A program made the translations under genes and the position numbers. A DNA stretch of 64,000 nucleotides from Thalia democratica (lineage: Eukaryota). Position 1 is the first letter of the stretch. Each line of letters starts with the position of its first letter. The notes below the pieces were generated by a model. The model did not search any database, had not been told where the DNA came from, and worked only from the letters and a program-made list of their open reading frames with translations. The stretch lies in NCBI GenBank assembly GCA_965202585.1, contig OZ241831.1, positions 3,224,001 to 3,288,000 on the forward strand. Reading direction: 5' to 3'. Shown one piece after another: positions 55,401 through 64,000 of this stretch.

Positions 55401-58400
55401 CAAGAGCAAGGAGGACCCTCCTGTGAGGAAGATTCTGTCAAACGGGTGCACAGGGTTCGCCACCGATCTGCAGAGGTGGCCCAACGACCTCATTGTGAGC
55501 AAGACGGAGAAGAACGCAGACGGGGAACCAGAGTTAGTTTTTTGAATTTTAAAATAATACCAGTGAACTACTTTATTAAAACTAAGCTTTTGACATTATG
55601 TAGAAACTTTAACTTAAGCTTGTATTTTTTTACAAACAGTTTATTTTAAATTTGGTAAATTTAAAAGCTTTAGTTGTTTTAAACAAATCTACATCGATTA
55701 AGTTTTACTCATATTAAACTTCAAAGTTTTTTGGAGTCACAAAATTTAAGAAGGTTTAACTATGTTAAACAACTTTATTTAGGCTTAAAAAGTTAATTGA
55801 CTTATAATTATGTTTGTAGTTAACTTTGGCTTACTTTAAATTAAGTAAATTTTAAAAATTGTTTTTAGGAGTCACGCTTTACAAACTCTTTTCCACCTGA
55901 TGAGCGCGGAAAACGTGTATCACTACTACAAAGAAACCCTGAAGGCCGGAAAGGGGTGGAGCGTTGAGAAGGCAAAGGAAATTCTGGGGGCCTGGCAACG
56001 AAGGTTCATTGAGGTGAGACATGAATAAAAGTTTTTTTTACTGTTTTAAATTAAAAATTATTATTTGTTTTGAATCAAAACCAAAATTTTTTTTCACTAA
56101 AATTTTTTACAGTATTTATTTTCAAAATTATATTTTACTTGAAATTAATGAACTTTACTAAAATTTTTTTATCAAACCTTAATTTTAAAGCTCAATTTAA
56201 GGTCAATTTAAACGTCGAGCAATTTAATTGAGGTCAGAGCTACTGTGTGTGGCTGGTAATTACAAATTACAACAATGTAGCACAAATTACCAGCCACTTA
56301 TCAATTATTATATCATGCTCGCTCACGCGTGACCACCAGATAATTAATCACCCTTTTCACACACAGAGAGTTCACGACTCGGACGCGACGCCGCAGAACC
56401 ACCGCGGCAGCGACGGCCGCCGTGACGACCGACGCAGCCAGGGGGAAAACCCCCAGACCAGGGACAAGCTGTACGCCTTCAACGAGGCCACGGTGGTGGA
56501 CCTCATTTCGGAGTTCTCTCAAACTTCGCCGTTTCGAATATTGGGAGGATATTTGTTGATGGTGAGTTTTTTTTTTCTTACGTAAGCAGCAGCACGATTT
56601 TCATGAGAGCATTTTTTTCTTTGTATTTTTTTTTTTTTGGATCCGGTTTGTGGACTTGTATGTAAATGCTAGTGTGCGCGTGTAAGCACGAAAACGCGAG
56701 CAAGAAAGAGAAGAGAAACGAGAACTTAATCCGGTTTTCTCCGCTCACCTTTTTCTCCACCGCTCCATTCATCATCGCAAAAGTTCGACGGGTCAGAAAT
56801 TTCTCGACGCGAACTTTTCGAAGGACGAGTTTCTGCGAACGTCAGAAAAGACCACCGGCGGTGATTTCCACGGTCGCCTGAACCCCGTCCTCCGAGAGAG
56901 ACGGTCGCATCTGCGCGCTCGAGTCCCGCGTGATCGAATGTTTGTTCAGACTCTGCGCTTCGTGGGTGACCTGTCACCGTATGAAGGCACTTAACTTGAT
57001 GTAGCTGCTACAACACTCTCGCACAATTCATGACGTTTGAACGGTGTTGAATTCGAGCTTCAATTTGAATATTATCTCGAGCGTTTTGACGTGTTAACAG
57101 GTGGAATATGAGTTTGAAAGCTCGTAAACGTCTTGAAACTCGAGCCTAACTCCCTTAAGGCTTGCACTGTGTAGGTGTCAACGAACAAAAGTATAGTTTT
57201 CATAAACTTACGTTATTCTCACAGTAACCATTTACCTACATAAGTTCTAAAGTTTCTGATAAAAATAGCTATAAAATAGTTTTCTTTCTATAAAAAAATA
57301 AAAAAATTTTTTTGAATAAATCACACATTTTTAAGGGTTTAATGCGAGTATATGTGTCATAAAAAACAACACACTATTTTTTACAGCTCGCAAACATTTT
57401 ATATGGTTACAAAATAACTTTTTATTAAATTTTATTAACTTGTTACTTTTTTACAGCTTGCAAATGCTTTGTATGATTACAAAACAACTTTTTTTAAATT
57501 TTATTAACTTAATTCATTTTACAGTTTGCAAATACTTTATGGAATAACAAAATAACTCTAACTTTTTTTTAAAGTTAATTTATTATTTTTACAGCTTGCA
57601 TACGCCTACATAACCTCCAGAAAGTCTACAGCTTCGAAATCTCAGGGAGGTGTTACCATGGCTGGAGTGTTTCTCATCGGAATTTCTGTTTCTGGTGGAC
57701 TCGGATTCAGCTCACTGATCGGAATCAAGTTCAATGCAGCTTCTGCACAGGTAAAGTATAAGCTTTTTGTAAAAGTACATCAAAAATATAAACATATATC
57801 TAATTGTTAAAAATATGGCTTTAGTATACTGTTATAAGCTAAATTTATTAAAGCTATTCTTTTATAACTATTAAAGTAAGTAAAGTGTAAATTTACAGGT
57901 TCTACCGTTTCTGTTACTCGGTTTAGGAGTAAACGACATGTTTTTGATGGTTTGCAACTTTTCTGAAATATCTCTCCTGTCTTACCTACCCATTGAGGTA
58001 AGTAGTTGTTTGTTTAAGAATTTAAAAAAAAAAATAAGGAATTTTTTGTATAATCTTATTTATATAGAGACTAACACAATTAAAAAGTTATGTGATGAAC
58101 TTGTAACAAAACTTTTATACAACTGTTCTTTACATATAAAGTGGATAACAAACATTTTTGTATACAGGAAAGAACAGGAGAGTGTTTGAAGAGGGTCGGA
58201 GTTTCAATCCTCTTGACTTCAATCGCCATGCTTTGCTTCTTCCTCTGTTCAATGATTATTCCCATGCCCGCCTTGCGAGCCTTCAGTATTCAGGTACTTA
58301 AACAAAAGATAACGGTTTTGATATAACAGATATTTCTCTAGCCCAAAAAGTATATTATTTCGTCACTTAGTTTTGTTTTGTGGACAGTATATAAATTCCA

Positions 58401-61400
58401 ATATAACTTAAAAAAAAAGCTAAAATAAAATAAGTATAACTATACAAATATGTATACTACAGTTTAAACATTACTACAAAACTGCTCGTCTGTTAATTTT
58501 TCAATCGTTTTTACACTGAAAACGTTGATGTATGCGAATGTTTTTGCACAACAAAACGTTCCATCACAACCGCAAAAGTTCATAAAGTTTTTTTTTATTT
58601 AATCCTCATTTGATTGATCATTTTTTCGTCACAGGCCGCTATTGTCACTAAATTTCTGCTAAATAACTATTAAATTTAGTTTAACATTTGTTTGTAAGAA
58701 ATGGTATAAAATGTTGAAAATCTTAATAGTTAACCGTTTAAAAGTTAGCACTTGGTTTCTTCTTGAATTATTTTTAGGTTTACAAATTTCCAACTTAATT
58801 AATTTAATCTGCTGATTAATTGCTGTAACAAGCGATCACAGTTCATAAATTATTAAAACCAAGAAGTAGTTGCTTAAAAAAAACTAATAGACTAATAGAA
58901 GTAGTAAGTTAAAAATTGCATACAATAATTTGATTAAGTTATAAATAAGACTTAAAATAACTTACTTGGTTAACTTAAAAAGTTAATAAAATAGTAAAAG
59001 TCGTTGTAAATACGCTGACCTCTAAAATAGGATATGATAATCTATAAATCTAACAACGTGATTGATTATTACGTAACAGGCGGTAATAGTTACGGTTTAA
59101 AATATAACCTACCAACTCAATAAATAATCTACTACTTTTACAGGCTGCAATAGTGACGGTATTCAAAATAAAAAACTATAACTACTAGCTTGATAAATAG
59201 AACATATTTATTCTAACTATTTTTCTTATTACCAGTAGCAATAGTGACGGTTTAAAACTTTACCTAACAACTTAATAATTTATATACTATTACCACTTTA
59301 ATAAATAATCTGTATACTTATTATAAGCTGCAATAGTGATGTTATTAAATCTAAAATACTGCTAGCTTGATAAATAATCTGTATTTCAATTAATTACTTT
59401 ATTATTACAGGCGGCAATAGTGACGGTGTTCAACCTCGTGACGATCCTCATCTCGTTTCCGGCTCTGCTCACCATCGATCTCAACAGGCGACACGAAAAC
59501 AGGGTCGACATGTTCTGCTGCTTGAAGAGGTTGGTGTTTAACAACAATAAAAAAACTTTTCTGACTTAATACCAGCGATTTTAAGTTTAAAAATAACTAT
59601 TTTAAAAAGCTTTTAACTTTTAAAATATGGTTAATGTTTTTACTGTTTTAATCTTAATTCAAAAACAAGCAACTGGGACTTAAGTTCTAGCAAGTCTAAT
59701 GGTTTAGATTTATTTCCTATTAATTACGTTTTAATAGCTCTTATACGAAATATATAAAATTACAGCACTGCGGAAAACTCCGTCGTGGATCTGAGCTACA
59801 AAAACATGCCGCAGCCGATCCCTTCCATGTGCTACTACAACGGCAGAGACGACCAAGTAGTGATGGTGAGATATATATATAAATATAATATTTACGATAA
59901 TTGTTTATGATAACACGATAATGTGCATACAAATAGTGCAAGAGAGTTTGTGCTCTATTTTGTTTTGATGTTGAAACTTGTTCGTTTCATCTCGCTCGTT
60001 TGGAAGTCTGAAATATTTTTGCGCGCAAAATTCTTTTGTTTTCTTCGAGCTGTTTTCAGCAATCAATCGCCACTCGGTGAAACATCAAATAAAACTGCAA
60101 AACAGGAGAAAAATTGTTGAAAGAATTAAAATTGAGTTTTTTTCAAGCTCTATACAGAACACTTTAAGGATTAAACTTGTGCAAACAAAACAGTTTTCTT
60201 GAATGCCATTGAAATTTAATACCTCGAATTTATGAATTAGAATAGGGTTTTACATTTTTATTTAAACTAGGTTATATTATAATGTCCTATATCCTGAAAA
60301 TATCATATACAAATTTATACGATAGTATTTAAGTATTACACTGATATCAAAATTCTTTTTAGTATCTGGATAAAATCTAAACTATAAACAAAATAGGATA
60401 GTTTTACTCAAGTGAAGTTTAATTTTTAAGTTTTTTAAATTTTTCAATAATTTTTAAACATTAAAAAAAAATTAAAATCCTTTAGCTATAACAACATGAA
60501 AAAAAAACAACTAGTTTTATTTAAACATATTCAAACACTTTTAAATATTATAAATTGAAAAGCTTTACCTATAAAATAAATTGAAAACGAAAACACTTAC
60601 AAACTAATTAGAAACAATTTATAATTTATTATTAAAAAATTACTAAATAGTAAATATCTGCACAATTAAATAAACTAACAAGTGTTTCACAGCACCCGGC
60701 CACGTATAACAGCCAGGCGCAGTACGGGGGCAACTACATCGGCCAGTCGGTCATCCTGGACCACCACGTCCCTCCGCGGACTCCCCCTCCCGAGTACTGC
60801 GAGCAGCTCTCGCCCATGAGGCCGGGACTTTCCCCGATCAGAAACTCCATGAGCTCTCAGAGGACCAGGGTATCAAGCGCGGCTTCGACTCAGCCTCCGA
60901 GGCCGAGGGTGGCCTTCGAGAACGAAACCAACTCGAACAGCAACAATAACTATGTAAGTTTGAAGGTTTTTAAATAAAAAAACATTTTTTACACATTGAA
61001 AAGATTTTAAAACTTTTTTTGTCAATATTTTTCAAGCTAAGTTGTTTTGTCAGTATCAGCAAATGCTTTATGATTGAATAGCTTAAACACGTTTTTGTGA
61101 ACTTAGAAACGTGTTAGGTGTTTTATAACTTTTGTCAAAAGAGTATATGTTATACTAAAAGTAAAGGCTGTGGGTTTTTCTCTTTTTGTAAAATTTTAAA
61201 CTTTTAAATTTGTTTTCAACTTTTTATGCAACAACTAAAATGTACTCTCAACAGGTATAACTTATATTCTTTTTATCTAAATTTTATACCTTTTAAAATA
61301 TTAGCACTTGACTGTTAAAATCTCAAAGTAAGCAAATAACCAAATGTCTGTATATTTTAAATTTATATACATATACCAATACATTCACTGCATAATTAAT

Positions 61401-63688
61401 TTTTTACTGTTACGTTAATTTCCTTAATTTCTAACAGCATCAACAACCCACTACGTCGACCAATCACGTTCGTCGATCTCGCCACTTGACCAATCAGAGC
61501 GCTCCAAACTACCCTCCGACCAATCACAGCACTCCGCAGCAGATGATCTCCCTGAGGAACTCTACGAGGAGCCTCCATCAGAAGAACAACTGCTCACCCG
61601 GATGTTACTCCTCCCTACCTGATCTGTCCATATCCAGGCTGGCTGAGAGGTACTACGCCCCTTTCCTGTTGAAGAAACAAATTCAGGTATTTATTTTTAG
61701 TTTTAAAAGTAAAAATATTCTAATTTACATACATTTATGATTTATTACTGTGCTCCTGTTGAAGAAACAGATTTAGATTTAAAAATAAAATATTTATGGA
61801 TATTAGTTCTATGCAAAAAATAAAGGTTTTTTCTCAGTATGAAACTATTTCGAAGCTAACTCTTTTTTTATTACTGAAATTATTTTTTTAAATGATTTAA
61901 AACCAGAAAGGTAAAATATAGTTATGGTTTAAAGATTATTTCTATAAACAGTTTTGAATCTGTTTTTTGATGTTTATAAATAAATTAATTAAAATTTTTG
62001 GTCAAAGCTTCTTAAACCACTACGCTATGCGTTTCTAAAAAACTAATTTAGGTTGGCACTGCGTTTACTTTATTGTTTTTATAAACTTTTTATCTACTTA
62101 CTAAAAAAATTGTGGTCGAATTAGGTGTTGATTTCAGTCGATAAGAAAAATTAATATAGCCAGCCGCCAGAATTCCAATTTAAATCAATACTTGTTTGAA
62201 GCGCTCAAAATTATCCGAAAAACAAATAAAAGTGAAGACCACCCAGAAATAAAATAATTTATTTTTTTACTGCGCGCTGCAGCCAGCCAGTTGCCGAGAA
62301 AAAAATAGATTTTTTTTGACGAATTACTTCTTTTTTTTTGAATGACTTATTGGAATACTTGACATTGTCGCCGCTTTCTAGCTTGCGACCTCCGGTTGAA
62401 CTCACGTAGAGCGTTTGATCGACTTTAAATAAACAGAGAGATTCGTTAACAAGTGGCCTCGGGAGAAGAATTAAGTCGGAAATTGGCGACGGTAGTACTG
62501 AGTGGTGGGACCACCCACGAATTTGTTTGAACTTTTGCTGAAAAAACATCTGTTTGGTTGAGCTTGCTACCGAGCCAGTTGTTTCTTAAACCTTTCAACT
62601 CTTTTGTTGTTTCAGCACATACTGTATTAATAATCAATAAAAAAAAACATTATTTACAAAATTACATCTTACACAAAGAGAAGCATCATCTTTGAATAAC
62701 CTTGCTACCTTACTTGATAAATATTTTGATACCAAAGACATGAGATTCTGTTTGTTTTACTTAGTAAATTTTTTCCTAGGCCCTCGTCCTGTTTACAGCC
62801 ATCGGTGTCCTGTGCTACGCCGTGTTCCAGTGCACCCGGGTCAGGGACGGACTGGACCTGGAGGACGTGATACCGCGGGGGACGAGGCAACACGGAGCGG
62901 TCCAGATGCAGCACAAGTACTTTTCCTTCTACCCCATGTACATCATCACTAAAGGTGAGTTTGAAAAATAAAAAGTTCAAAATAAATATTGTGGTTTTAG
63001 TTTAGTCTTACTATAAGCTATTTTAATTTTTTTTTGCTAAATTATAAAACAAACATGATTAGTAAGACTAAATTATGATTAGTATGAACATAGCATGATT
63101 TGTATATAACAATAATATATAGTATAAAATTTTAAAGTGTTTTGTAACATCAAAGTTATGAAATTGTAAAATAAACTTTTGTCAATATAGAGTTATGAAA
63201 AAGTGTTAGCGTCTCCAGAACTTTATTTTCAAACTCAGCGTTTTACATGCTTTTTTTTTGTTGTGAGTTTCTTTAAACTTTAGATATCTGATTTTAGACA
63301 ACAAACAAGTTTCAAGCCAAACCTTAAAACTTTTCAGATTTCGATTAAACTATTCTCTATCTTTCAGGTTTTATCATCATTTTATTAAACTTTCAAATTT
63401 TGAATAAAAATTATTATTTCCTTCACACTTTTTCTTCTTTTTTTGTTTACATTTCAACCAAACAACTTTATTTTTCTAGACTTTTATTAATATTTTTTAT
63501 TCCAGATTTCGATATTACTTTGTTTTTTTTTCAAGCTCTTTTTTTACTTATAGATTTCGATTATGCGAATCAGCAGAAGACGTTGATGTCTTTGCACAGT
63601 GACGTCAGCAACATTGACTACGTCATAAAGCAAACTGACGGAGAATCGCAGCTATTCTGGCTTCACTACTTTCGACGGTGGCTTAAAA
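48702..63688 (+). CDS. ptc: Patched (Hedgehog receptor, RND/SSD family), 17 coding exons, 3'-truncated by window end
   Basis: Exons with GT-AG borders and compatible phases join into one 3400-nt frame. Patched motifs: RPSWCDA, LWVE/GG, PCYIISPLDCFWEGSKL, CLDPYDPECPPTAPN, HALQTLF, AWQRRF, GYLLMLAYA, FNAASAQVLPFL, PMPALRAF, YYAPFLLK, RVRDGLDLEDVIP, FWLHYFRRWL. Many intron positions match vertebrate PTCH1 as I recall it. Confidence 0.97.
49900..50460. promoter_or_regulatory. Intron-1 GC-rich island with X-box (50025-50038) and three near-consensus GLI sites
   Basis: GTTGCCGTGGTAAC; GACCACACA 49999; TGGGTGGCC 50060; GACCACCCG 50308. Confidence 0.6.
51213..51405 (+). CDS. ptc: ptc exon 2 (GKADG...TM1...LWVE)
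   Basis: TTCAG|GGC acceptor; AAA|GTTGGT donor; phase 0 to 1. Confidence 0.95.
52088..52390. repeat. Two short tandem duplications in ptc intron 2 (44-bp x2; ~66-bp x2)
   Basis: TGTGTGCTTCTCTTGATAYCTGTGTTGCGTTTG at 52088/52132; TGTGATGAAAATACA...AAAGTTTACTGTAA at ~52255/52320. Confidence 0.8.
52619..52823 (+). CDS. ptc: ptc exon 3 (GGVLEKEIKYT...VSMFN)
   Basis: TCTAG|GC acceptor; TCA|GTTAGT donor; phase 1 to 2. Confidence 0.95.
52793..54208 (+). repeat. 83-bp x17 tandem array whose unit is the last ~30 nt of ptc exon 3 plus the donor and ~53 nt of intron
   Basis: Donor-homologous positions fall at 52824+83k, k=0..16. Unit approx. AAGCCAACACCAAAGTATCCATGTTCAATCA|GTKAGTTTATATTTTACATATTGAATCATGATAAAAYAAAATGTATAGTTAY. 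Confidence 0.97.
54436..54612 (+). CDS. ptc: ptc exon 4 (TWTFEDLCFK...PLDCFWEGSKL)
   Basis: CACAG|G acceptor; TC|GTGAGT donor; phase 2 to 2. Confidence 0.96.
54861..54996 (+). CDS. ptc: ptc exon 5 (LNWKNFNPMNLL...AFEK)
   Basis: TACAG|T acceptor; AAG|GTATGC donor; phase 2 to 0. Confidence 0.93.
55321..55532 (+). CDS. ptc: ptc exon 6 (AGITDGYQSRYCLDPYDPECPPTAPN)
   Basis: TCTAG|GCG acceptor; GA|GTTAGT donor; phase 0 to 2. Confidence 0.95.
55869..56013 (+). CDS. ptc: ptc exon 7 (SHALQTLFHLM...AWQRRFIE)
   Basis: TTTAG|G acceptor; GAG|GTGAGA donor; phase 2 to 0. Confidence 0.95.
56367..56561 (+). CDS. ptc: ptc exon 8 (RVHDS...RILGGYLLM; start of sterol-sensing domain)
   Basis: ACAG|AGA acceptor; ATG|GTGAGT donor; phase 0 to 0. 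Confidence 0.93.
57370..57605 (+). repeat. ~70-bp x4 tandem repeat of the exon 9 acceptor and exon start
   Basis: TTTTACAG|(C/T)T(C/T)GCA with AG at 57385, 57455, 57523 and 57593 (functional). Confidence 0.85.
57595..57750 (+). CDS. ptc: ptc exon 9 (LAYAY...FNAASAQ; SSD)
   Basis: TTTACAG|CTT acceptor; CAG|GTAAAG donor; phase 0 to 0. Confidence 0.95.
57899..57997 (+). CDS. ptc: ptc exon 10 (VLPFLLLGLGVNDMF; TM4)
   Basis: TACAG|GTT acceptor; GAG|GTAAGT donor; phase 0 to 0. Confidence 0.95.
58168..58293 (+). CDS. ptc: ptc exon 11 (ERTGECLKRVG...PALRAFSIQ)
   Basis: TACAG|GAA acceptor; CAG|GTACTT donor; phase 0 to 0. Confidence 0.95.
59060..59435 (+). repeat. ~64-92-bp x5 degenerate tandem repeat of the exon 12 acceptor and exon start
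   Basis: Copies of AG|GCGGCAATAGTGACGGT with AG-homologous positions 59078, 59142, 59233, 59325, 59409. Confidence 0.88.
59411..59529 (+). CDS. ptc: ptc exon 12 (AAIVTVFN...RVDMFCC; TM6)
   Basis: TACAG|GCG acceptor; AG|GTTGGT donor; phase 0 to 2. Confidence 0.95.
59766..59865 (+). CDS. ptc: ptc exon 13 (cytoplasmic loop)
   Basis: TACAG|C acceptor; ATG|GTGAGA donor; phase 2 to 0; GC-rich open frame. Confidence 0.85.
60693..60953 (+). CDS. ptc: ptc exon 14 (cytoplasmic loop, PPEY motif)
   Basis: CACAG|CAC acceptor; TAT|GTAAGT donor; 87 open codons; phase 0 to 0. Confidence 0.88.
61438..61686 (+). CDS. ptc: ptc exon 15 (...LAERYYAPFLLKKQIQ)
   Basis: AACAG|CAT acceptor; CAG|GTATTT donor; phase 0 to 0. 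Confidence 0.92.
62160..62600. promoter_or_regulatory. Intron-15 island with two perfect GLI sites (62237, 62509)
   Basis: GACCACCCA twice in a GC-enriched intronic patch. Confidence 0.7.
62780..62954 (+). CDS. ptc: ptc exon 16 (TM7, RVRDGLDLEDVIP...FSFYPMYIIT)
   Basis: CCTAG|GCC acceptor; AAG|GTGAGT donor; phase 0 to 1. Confidence 0.96.
63554..63688 (+). CDS. ptc: ptc exon 17 (DFDYANQQ...FWLHYFRRWLK)
   Basis: TATAG|AT acceptor; AAA|GTTAGT donor; phase 1 to 1. Confidence 0.95.
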
Positions 63689-64000
63689 GTTAGTTTCTGA
63701 TTTGTTTTTGTTGTTTTTGGTTTGTACAGTTTTGAGTTGTATTTTTATAGACATGAAAAATTATTTAAAAACTTCAGTTTTCTTATCAGTGTTTTTTTTA
63801 CTTAGTTCTACTTTTTTTTTACTTTTGCTAGTTTGTTTTGTTATCAGGTTTTTTTGTAGAATTAACTAACGCAACTAATTGTAACGAATTAATATTACAA
63901 TAAAATATGTTTGCGGTTTTTAATCTATCCAAATTAAACTGTTTTTTGTTTACAATCGGCTTTACAAAGGGTTTCTCTTTTTCATGCAATTTTCCATTTC

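Overview
AT-rich, intron-rich animal genomic DNA; I cannot assign the species. The right quarter (48.5-64 kb, + strand) holds the first 17 coding exons of a Patched (ptc/PTCH) Hedgehog receptor, truncated by the window edge. The exons join in frame into 3400 nt (about 1133 codons). Upstream and inside the gene are GC-rich islands carrying 7 perfect GLI sites plus RFX X-boxes and CRE motifs. The left 35 kb consists mostly of nested tandem duplications (about 6.3, 1.85 and 3.75 kb) and transposon debris: a foldback/MITE, Buster-type hAT MITE ends and a Penelope-like remnant. It also holds two + strand exons resembling a GBP/atlastin helical region joined to a death-domain-like segment, and orphan - strand exon candidates. 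The most striking pattern is that many ptc splice junctions are echoed by tandem copies of the exon edge plus splice site on the intronic side: a 17x83 bp donor array, acceptor arrays before exons 9, 12 and 17, and single echoes elsewhere. The same geometry appears at kb scale at a neighbouring exon candidate. All alignments and family assignments were made by eye and from memory, not by database search.
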